From Chitinivibrionales bacterium (lineage in GTDB: Bacteria > Fibrobacterota > Chitinivibrionia > Chitinivibrionales > WJKA01), in NCBI GenBank assembly GCA_038247415.1, contig JBBRUX010000041.1, positions 1 through 36,488 of the forward strand: a stretch of DNA of 36,488 nt. The letters are read 5' to 3'. Positions 28,740 to 36,488 of this stretch are shown here, one piece after another (position 1 is the first letter of the stretch; every line of letters starts with the position of its first letter). Under the pieces are notes generated by a model, which saw nothing but the letters and a program-made list of their open reading frames with translations, made no database searches and was not told where the DNA came from. The translations under genes were made by a program, and so were the position numbers.

Positions 28740-28810
28740 AGAAATGCCGGCCCGAGGGATAGTCGCACACCAAGAATTGCGGAAAGCACCGAAGCAAAAG
28801 ATGAAACCAC

Positions 28811-29167
28811 ATGGCAGAACTTTTCGAAAAAAGCCGTTCAACCATTACCGAACATATTGGCAATATTTTTAAAGAAGGTGAGTTGGATGAAAAACTGGTG
28901 TATCGGAATTTCCGACATACCACTCAACATGGGGCTATTGAGGGAAAAACCCAGTCGAAAGAGGTAACCTATTATAATCTTGATGTAATCATCTCGGTTG
29001 GCTACCGTGTAAAATCGCACCAAGGCACAAAGTTTCGTATCTGGGAAACGCAGCGTTTCAAGGAATATATCATTAAAGGGTTTGCGCTCAACGACGACCG
29101 ATTTAAAGCCAGGAATTCCATGAATTATTTCGACAGTCCGCTCGGAAAAACATTAATCATAATGTAA
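28811..29167 (+). pseudogene. Fragment of a RhuM virulence-family protein
   Basis: MAELF..SRSTITEHI.NIFKEGEL, YNLDVIISVGYRVKS..GT.FRIW, EYIIKGF.LND.RFK. N-terminus missing; similarity appears to end after YFD. Confidence 0.85.
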
Positions 29168-29183
29168 ACTATAGTAGGCAAAC

Positions 29184-29247
29184 GAAAGGATACATGAATG
29201 GCAGATTTTCCGACAAAACTGGACAGAACAAGAATATCCTTTGGAAC
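29184..29247 (+). repeat. 64-bp direct repeat, copy 2; truncated small-gene start (MADFPTKLDRTRISFGTGVI*, 29198-29260)
   Basis: Matches 28083-28146 at 62 of 64 positions, then diverges abruptly. Confidence 0.95.
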
Positions 29248-29649
29248 GGGTGTAATTTGAGACGTTTTTTTATCGAAAATCTTGTGAGAAAACTTTGAAG
29301 GCAATTGGGACAATTTGCTATTGTGTGAATAATTCATACTGACTTTGTTTACATGAAGATGCCACAATGGTATTTTATTGTTACTTGATAAAGCTTGCAG
29401 TCTTTCTAAACTAAAAAGTCGCATAATTCGCTAACAAACCAAAAGCAGTGTTTTCGGGGTTGGCCATCTTATTAATATTCGGCCAATTGTCAACGCCTAA
29501 ATCCAGCGTGTTAAGCGCTTCTGATATGGCAGCTAGCCCTGCAAGTTCATAAAAGTACAAAGTTGGCCGACATTCTTGCGGCAATTCAAGAATAGAACCG
29601 GAGCCCTAAACTGCCCGTCTTCAAATGGATAAGAAAGGAATAAGAGGAA

Positions 29650-31532
29650 ATGGGAAAAGAAGAAGAACACCAACAGGCCGGTGATGACGCTATAATTGCA
29701 TTACAGTCATCGGAGCTTCGCTATCGCCGCCTCTTTGAAACTGCCAAGGATGGGATTCTCATTCTCGATGCAGAATCCGGCAAGATTATTGACGCAAATC
29801 CGTCTTTGGTTAACTTATTAGGTTATGCATTTAATAACTTTACCAATAAGTGCATTTGGGACATTGGAATATTTGGAGGCTTAATTGCAAACAAAGATAA
29901 ATTCCTAGAATTGAAAAATCAGAAGCATGTCCGCTATGACGACCTTCCGTTAGAAGCTTCGGATGGTCGATTAATTGATGTCGAATTGGTATGCAATGTT
30001 TATCAAGAAGACCATTTGCATGTAATTCAATGCAATATTAGAGACATTACCGACCGTAAACGTGCCACAGCAACATTGACATATGCAAATGAACTAAAAG
30101 CCGCTGCATATGCGATTGAAGCAGAAAAAGAACGCCTTGCAGTTACCCTCCGAAGTATTGGCGATGGGGTCATTGCTACCGATTCACAAGGTAACATTCA
30201 AATAATGAATCGCGTTGCAGAAGAGCTTTGCGGGTGGAATTGGCAAACCACACATTAATAATTTCAAGAACCGGTATTGAGCGTGTAATTGCTGATAGCG
30301 CAGCTCCCATTAGAGACCGGAACAATGCTATTGTTGGTGTGGTGCTTGTGTTCCGTGACATAACTGAGAAAGAAAAATTGATTGCCAGTATTCAAAGAAA
30401 CCAAAAGCTTGAATCACTTGGTTTGCTTGCTGGTGGTATCGCGCATGATTTTAACAACTTAATGGGTGGCATCTTCGGCTGCATTGATATTGCAATAGAA
30501 ATTTCCACGGAAAAAAAGGTAATTCAAAGATTGTCAAAAGCTATGAACACAATTGACAGAGCGCGCAATCTTACACATCAACTAATCACTTTCGCCAAAG
30601 GCGGCTCTCCTATCCGAGAAACTTTACCTGTGCAGCAGATAATTAAAGATACTACGCATTGTGCACTCACAGGATCAACAGTCTCATGTAATTTTGAACT
30701 ATCAAAGGATCTCTGGGTATGTAACATTGACAAGAGTCAAATAGGTCAAGTCATCGAAAACATTGTTATAAACGCGCAACAGGCAATGCCAAAGGGCGGA
30801 ACTATTCAGATATCGGCTCAAAATGTTTCTATTTCGGATAATGAACACCCAATCATGGGCAATGGCAGGTATGTAAAAATATCTATCAAAGATACTGGCA
30901 TTGGCATTTCTAAAAAAATGATGCCGCTACTTTTTGATCCTTTTTTTACTACCAAGCCCGTGGGGCATGGGCTTGGGTTAGCGACCTGCTACTCAATAGT
31001 TAATCGCCATGGTGGGGCAATTGATGTTGATTCTATATTAGATGAAGGAAGTACTTTTCATATTTATCTTCCAGCCAGCGCTGACCGCGATTCCCCCCAA
31101 GAAAATTCAATCAAAGAAAATCATTTTGGAAGTGGAAAGATACTCATCATGGATGACGAAGAAGTCATGCGTGATACGATGGGCACATTGTTTGAATCAT
31201 TAGGATATTCGGTGAAATGTCAGAATGATGGGAAGCAGGCATTATCTGATTTTATTTCTGCTTTTGACGCGAAAGAAGAAATGGCTGCTGTGGTTTTAGA
31301 CCTCACAGTTCCAGGTGGCATGGGCGGGAAAGATGTTGTTTTCGCAATTCGACAATTAGATACCACGATACCTGTTTTTGTTGCGAGTGGCTATTCTGAT
31401 GATCCAATAATGAAAAAACCTTCTGAGTATGGGTTTACAGCGGGCATCTGTAAACCCTTCAGAAGAAGCGAACTAGTAAAACTGCTCAATGACCACATGC
31501 CTGCAAAAAAAAGTGAGGCACCATTTTCTTAG
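29650..31532 (+). pseudogene. PAS-PAS-HisKA-HATPase-REC hybrid sensor kinase split by an internal deletion/frameshift at ~30234-30239
   Basis: ORF 29650-30258 carries PAS1 and half of PAS2 ([10 protein letters not shown]). ORF 30228-31532 resumes at VELANHT...VLVFRD, then AGGIAHDFNN, FDPFFTTK, GLGL and REC (MDDE, LDL, KPF). Confidence 0.85.
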
Positions 31533-31792
31533 CGCCAAATAGTGCGAAGAGGCACAGGCAAAAAAAAGAAGATTTGCCGCGAGAACATAGCTCTCCCTAT
31601 ATTAAGAAATAGAGATCATACCGTGCCCCCCCCCAAAGAAAGAACTAGACAAAAGGGATTCAATCACCGTTTCAATCGAGGAAAAGCTTGCGCGACAATA
31701 CGTTATTAAGAGTAACAGAATGTAAATTATGATAGAGCTCTCGAGCGAAGCTGAGTCTTCATTTTAATAAGGCCCATCAACAAAAAGACGGT

Positions 31793-34156
31793 ATGCACTC
31801 ACCACAATTTCTCCGATTATTGCCACTGTTCCTCTGCATCTCTGGATTTACGGCCCTTGGGTATCAGATGTGCTGGGTACGTTCGGGCACTATTTTTTTC
31901 GGCTCTGCAATTAGCGCTGTGAGCACCGTTATTGCTGCTTTTTTTGCAGGCATTGCGCTTGGATCGTACCTGTTCGGCAGAACGTCGGTAGGCTATCGCA
32001 CTATTTTTAGAACATATGGTATTCTTGAATTATGTATTGCAGTGGTAGCTTTCGGTACCCAGATAATGCTTTATAAATCAGACTTTTTTTTATCGGGATT
32101 TTTTGAGCTGTTTCACGGCCGTGAGCACATGCTTATACTTATGCGAGCGGCACTAATTTTCTGCATTATTACTCCGGTGGCAACACTTATTGGAGGTGTA
32201 TTTCCTCTTATATGCCAACTTTCCATACACAGCTACGACAAACAATCTCCATCGCCTACGCTGCTTTATGGAGTGAGTACATTCGGGTCACTTGTCGGCT
32301 GCCTTATTACCGGATTGGTTTTGATACCAGTCTTTGGAATTACTTCTGCAAATCTTGTCAATTGCGCGCTGAGCGCACTGCTTGGTGTAAGTGCACTTAT
32401 TCTTTGGAATAAAACACCCAAAACTCTCCTGCTTAAAAAATCGGATAGTTTACAAACTCAACGCGCTCCATTTTTAACAACACAGACTATACTCATTTAT
32501 CTATTTTTTGCCCTAACCGGATGCGCAACCCTTGGATTTGAAGTCGTGTGGACACGGTTTTTTTCGCTTATTATCCATACAACTGCATTTACCTATGTGT
32601 TCAGTCTCTCCTCGATCCTACTTGGTATCACGATCGGGTGCATGGTTACCCGACTGCTTCCCAAAAAGGGTACAGCGCTTCTTTTTGGTAGTACGAATAT
32701 TCTGATTGGTATCACCATTTCAATTATTTTTCTCCGGCCTGTGTCGAACTGGGACTGGATCCGCGACTCGACAGATCTTTCCCTGCAGGCTATTTCCTGT
32801 ATCGCAATCCTACTTGTCCCATCAATACTTATGGGAATCTCTTTTCCATTGGCGATGCGCTTAGTTCGGTCGGATCCGCAGCACTTGCGGGGGCATATCG
32901 GACTGCTCCTATCGGTAAATACGATAGGCGGCATAGTCGGATCGCTGAGTGTGGGATTCCTCTTTTTACCCACCTTCGGACTGCACAACACGCTTCTTAT
33001 TTTCACAAATATCAGCATTCAAACAGGCATCCTTGCCATCGTATGCGCGGGTGAGAGGATCAAGTTTATAAAAAAAGTTGCGCTCTGCGTGGCGGGGTTG
33101 GGGCTCTGGTTGCTTGTGTGGATTATGAGCCCCGTTCGGCTGCCTCATGATTTTTTAGGTGAGAGAGGCAAGCTCATCGAAGTTAGGGAGGCTCCTTCTT
33201 CATTTTTATCGGTTGTTAAGAGATATCAAGAAACACTGCTCGAAATCGATGGTATGTGGCAAGGTCAAAAAAGCCACGACTACCAGATAATGGCCGCACA
33301 TATTCCAACACTTCTACATCCTTCGCCTAAAAGCGTTCTGGTGATCGGCGTTGGTACCGGCCAAACCGCGAAAAGATTTTTACTCTACGACATCAATCGG
33401 CTTGACTGCGCCGACATAGAAAAAGATCTGCCAGTGCTCATTCGCCACCACTTCGAAGGAGCATGGCTTGACGATCCAAGAGTTAATTTTCTAGCCGAGG
33501 ACGGACGCATGGTGGTGACCTATTCAAAAGCACACTACGACATTATCTCCATCGAAGCAGGCCAGACATTTAGATCGGTAGCCGCATCGCTTTACACCAT
33601 TGACTTTTATAAAAAAATAAAAGATCGTCTCGAGCCCGGCGGTCTGGTATCCCAATTTGTACCTGTTGGCTTTTTAACGCCGCGGGAGTTTTCATCGGTA
33701 ATGCGAAGTTTCATTGAAGTCTTTCCACAGAGCACACTCTGGTTCAACAAACATGCAGAGCTTATTCTAATTGGTTCCCCCGATTACAAACCACACCTGA
33801 CCAAGGAGCGTTTACGGCTGATTGAACCAGGCACCCGTATTTTCAACGACCTTGCATACAGCTTTACAGAAGATTCCTTACGTACACAAAATCAACTAAT
33901 CTACTTTACGGCGAATTACCTCATGGGCATGCGCGGGTTGTCGAAAATTGCCGCAACAGGGGTTGTGTATCATGATGATAAACCCGAATTGGAATATAAC
34001 ACCGCCTCAATACCCTACTCTCCTGCCCGCTTTCATGATCTCATCGAAAAAAATCTTGAACCGCCCGCCTCTATTATTGATAGTTCTCTTTTTTATGGAC
34101 TCACCGGAATATGCGATACAGTTCAGCGGGAGAATGTTCATGCTGCCCTCAGATAG
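31793..34156 (+). CDS. Fused multi-TM membrane domain / spermidine synthase-like protein
   Basis: Two ISGF.ALGY/GCATLGFEVVWTR membrane repeats, then SVLVIGVGTGQT, DIE, DPRV..LAEDGR, YDII, RL.PGGL..Q. Confidence 0.88.
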   Translation: MHSPQFLRLLPLFLCISGFTALGYQMCWVRSGTIFFGSAISAVSTVIAAFFAGIALGSYLFGRTSVGYRTIFRTYGILELCIAVVAFGTQIMLYKSDFFLSGFFELFHGREHMLILMRAALIFCIITPVATLIGGVFPLICQLSIHSYDKQSPSPTLLYGVSTFGSLVGCLITGLVLIPVFGITSANLVNCALSALLGVSALILWNKTPKTLLLKKSDSLQTQRAPFLTTQTILIYLFFALTGCATLGFEVVWTRFFSLIIHTTAFTYVFSLSSILLGITIGCMVTRLLPKKGTALLFGSTNILIGITISIIFLRPVSNWDWIRDSTDLSLQAISCIAILLVPSILMGISFPLAMRLVRSDPQHLRGHIGLLLSVNTIGGIVGSLSVGFLFLPTFGLHNTLLIFTNISIQTGILAIVCAGERIKFIKKVALCVAGLGLWLLVWIMSPVRLPHDFLGERGKLIEVREAPSSFLSVVKRYQETLLEIDGMWQGQKSHDYQIMAAHIPTLLHPSPKSVLVIGVGTGQTAKRFLLYDINRLDCADIEKDLPVLIRHHFEGAWLDDPRVNFLAEDGRMVVTYSKAHYDIISIEAGQTFRSVAASLYTIDFYKKIKDRLEPGGLVSQFVPVGFLTPREFSSVMRSFIEVFPQSTLWFNKHAELILIGSPDYKPHLTKERLRLIEPGTRIFNDLAYSFTEDSLRTQNQLIYFTANYLMGMRGLSKIAATGVVYHDDKPELEYNTASIPYSPARFHDLIEKNLEPPASIIDSSLFYGLTGICDTVQRENVHAALR

Positions 34157-34370
34157 TAAGACCTCTCGGATTTTTAAAATTGGGCTAGACAAGATTGGAA
34201 TTTCAAAGGGGGTATAGTACGTTCATTGCTTTTGCTGAGCTAACAATAAGATTGCTTGTATCTTGATTATTTGACTACGATGGGTTACGGCACATGATAT
34301 TTTTGAGTAACAGTCTTTAAATGGGATTTACCCTCGCTTATATTGACAATATACATTCTGAAACTCTGGA

Positions 34371-34997
34371 GTGAAATTGGAATCAACTAACAAACATTGG
34401 GATACTATTTTTTCGACCACCGAGGACGCAAACCTTGGCTGGTTTGAAAAAGATATGAGTAAAACATATGAGCTGCTCCATCAAATCCCCCACTGGGAAA
34501 ATGCAACAATTTTTATTCCTGGAGCTGGTACATCCGGTTTGATCGAGGATCTTTTTTCTAAAGGTGCAAAATTAGTGGTGAATGATATCAGCATGGAGGC
34601 AATTAACCTCGTTAAATCTCGGTTAGGTGACAAAAGCGAAACCGTCCTATGGCTTTGTCAAGACATCGCAATTCCCTTGCAAAGGATGATCCCAAAAGTT
34701 GATATCTGGATTGATAGGGCTGTTTTGCATTTTTTGACAAATGAGGATGCTCTAAGAGGATATTTCGATAATTTGAAATCCGTTTTAAAAGTTGGAGGAT
34801 ATGCCCTATTTGCTGAATTTTCCAAAACTGGTGCACCACAATGCGCTGGCCTAACTCTTAATCGGTATTCTGTTGAAGAATTATCGGAAAGATTGGGAAA
34901 CACATGTACGCTTATCACACACTTTGATTATACCTTTATCAATCCTCATGGCGACCCCAAGCCATATATTTATGCTTTATACAAAAGAGTACAATAA
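34371..34997 (+). CDS. Class I SAM-dependent methyltransferase (TPMT-like bacterial family)
   Basis: KHWDTIF, PGAGTS, NDIS, DIWIDRAVLHFL, GAPQCAGL. Confidence 0.85.
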   Translation: MKLESTNKHWDTIFSTTEDANLGWFEKDMSKTYELLHQIPHWENATIFIPGAGTSGLIEDLFSKGAKLVVNDISMEAINLVKSRLGDKSETVLWLCQDIAIPLQRMIPKVDIWIDRAVLHFLTNEDALRGYFDNLKSVLKVGGYALFAEFSKTGAPQCAGLTLNRYSVEELSERLGNTCTLITHFDYTFINPHGDPKPYIYALYKRVQ

Positions 34998-35233
34998 GCG
35001 ACACGTCGCTCGGCTTAAGAAAAATGGAACAGAAACTTTTATCAAATCTGCATCCGCACGTCGTTCTCTTTGAATTCATTTTAAAAAATTTTTACTGGAA
35101 ATGTATGAAAAAGTACTATCAAACAAAGTATACTATATAATTAGATTTCTTATGACTCGACACTCCAGTATTGTTTAGATCGCGCCTACCTCGTTTGTTA
35201 ATGCAGGATTAACTAAAAGAAAGAGCGTTAGAT

Positions 35234-36488
35234 ATGTCTATAAAATTCGAAACAAAGCCGTTAACGTCAGTTGAGATTCAAGAATTATATTATGATCTTG
35301 CGCAGACATCACAGGATTTAATATGGCAGTGTGATGTTCAAGGACGATACACCTACCTCAATCCTTCATGGGAAACAACCTTCGGCTACACAATCGACGA
35401 AATGATTGGAAGATCATTTTCAGATTTTCAATCTCTGGAAATTGCGAAGCGTGATCTTGCAGAATTTGCCCAGATTTTGCTGGGGGGAAGCGTTACCGAG
35501 TATGAAAGTATCACCTTGTCAAAATCAGGTAAGAAAATCCATGTAGTATTAAATGCTAAATGTGCTCGTGATGCTAAGGGCGTAATTGTTGGAGCACGGG
35601 GGACGGCCTACAATATCACGCAGCGTAAGCAGGCTGAAGAAAATCTCAAGATTGTCGCCAACAGGTTTCAATCCATGATTGACAACGCCCCCTTAGGTGC
35701 CCATCTTTACGAATTGCAACCTGATAACAGGTTAATTTTTTCTGGGGCAAACCAATCAGCAGATACAATCCTACAGGTTAAAAATAATCAATTTATCGGA
35801 AAGACAATTGAAGAAGCATTCCCCAATCTTGCAGCCACTGATGTTCCAGAATCTTACAAGAAAGTTGCACATACCGGCGAGCCATTCAATAGCGAGCAGA
35901 TAATTTATGCCGACGACAAGGGGATAGCTGGCGCATTTGAAATCGCTGCTTTTCAAACTGCTCCCCATAAAATGGCCGTTCTCTTTCGTGATGTTACCGA
36001 AAAGAAAAAAATGGAAGAGGCACTGTTTGCCAGCGAACGTCGATTTAAGGAGCTTGTTAGAAATGCATCTGATTCAGTTACCGTTCTTAACAAAGACAGA
36101 ATTCAAATTTACGTAAGCGATGTGGTCGAAAAGATGGTGGGGTTTAAACCGATTGAATTGACAAATATTCCCGTCATTGAAACGATGATTCATCCCGAAG
36201 ACAAACAAAGGGTAGAGGAAACTTTTTTAAAAATCCTACATGAGGGACAAGGCATCGTAGCGTACCGGCACAAGCACAAGAACGGTTCCTGGGTACATCT
36301 GGAAGCATGGGGAACAAATCAGCTAGAAAACCCCGATATCCGTGGAGTGGTTGTCAATGTACGAGATATCACCGAACGAAAGCTTGCCGAAGAGGAGCGC
36401 GAAAAACTCAATCAGCAGATTAACCAAATGCAAAAGCTGGAATCTCTTGGATTATTGGCTGGAGGAATTGCACACGATTTCAATAATC
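35234..36488 (+). CDS. Multi-PAS sensor histidine kinase, truncated by the window end (not in the ORF track)
   Basis: Hand translation of frame +2 from ATG 35234 is open to the end: three PAS/PAC units (YLNPSWE...ITQRK; GANQSAD...RDVTEKK; IHPED...RDITERK), then QKLESLGLLAGGIAHDFNN. Confidence 0.92.
   Translation, partial: MSIKFETKPLTSVEIQELYYDLAQTSQDLIWQCDVQGRYTYLNPSWETTFGYTIDEMIGRSFSDFQSLEIAKRDLAEFAQILLGGSVTEYESITLSKSGKKIHVVLNAKCARDAKGVIVGARGTAYNITQRKQAEENLKIVANRFQSMIDNAPLGAHLYELQPDNRLIFSGANQSADTILQVKNNQFIGKTIEEAFPNLAATDVPESYKKVAHTGEPFNSEQIIYADDKGIAGAFEIAAFQTAPHKMAVLFRDVTEKKKMEEALFASERRFKELVRNASDSVTVLNKDRIQIYVSDVVEKMVGFKPIELTNIPVIETMIHPEDKQRVEETFLKILHEGQGIVAYRHKHKNGSWVHLEAWGTNQLENPDIRGVVVNVRDITERKLAEEEREKLNQQINQMQKLESLGLLAGGIAHDFNN

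Noticed and set aside
29125..29424. 99-aa minus-strand ORF (and 27979-28221)
   Set aside because: Antisense readings across the direct repeats; their shared peptide is explained by the repeat.
29520..29545. TATGGCAGCTAG resembling the 3' end of a c-di-GMP-I riboswitch
   Set aside because: The upstream GGCAAA/GAAA tetraloop/CGCAAA elements are absent.
31626..31634. C9 homopolymer in an intergenic region
   Set aside because: Not placed within an identifiable promoter spacer or CDS; no evidence for phase variation.
31655..31680. GATTCAATC / GTTTCAATC, like a CRISPR repeat start
   Set aside because: No regularly spaced repeats and no cas genes in the window.

Overview
Bacterial chromosomal window. 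The PorV-like and FlgD-Ig-type proteins and the HU sequence suggest a Gram-negative FCB-group anaerobe, perhaps Fibrobacterota/Chitinispirillia-like; this is inference only. The first ~26.8 kb is ordered, gene-dense DNA. It holds an ADP-forming acyl-CoA synthetase, then a three-gene envelope operon (orphan beta-barrel, ~1500-aa secreted multi-Ig protein with a ZU5-like HFS motif and a FlgD-Ig/T9SS-like C-terminal domain, and a chimeric PorV-like barrel). Next come HU, an Fe3+/thiamine-family ABC importer, and a self-contained respiratory cassette (NDH-2, MenA, polyprenyl synthase, cydABDC). That cassette converges on a rex-serC-serA operon that has Rex boxes at its promoter. From ~26.9 kb the DNA looks accessory and partly decayed. 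It contains attC-like hairpins, a small-protein + MenT1-like nucleotidyltransferase module, a RhuM fragment, a 64-bp direct repeat, a PAS hybrid kinase broken by an internal deletion, a membrane-fused spermidine synthase-like gene, a methyltransferase, and a second PAS kinase that runs off the end and is missing from the ORF track. No rRNA, tRNA, CRISPR array, integrase or transposase was seen. All calls come from motif recognition by eye; no searches were run.
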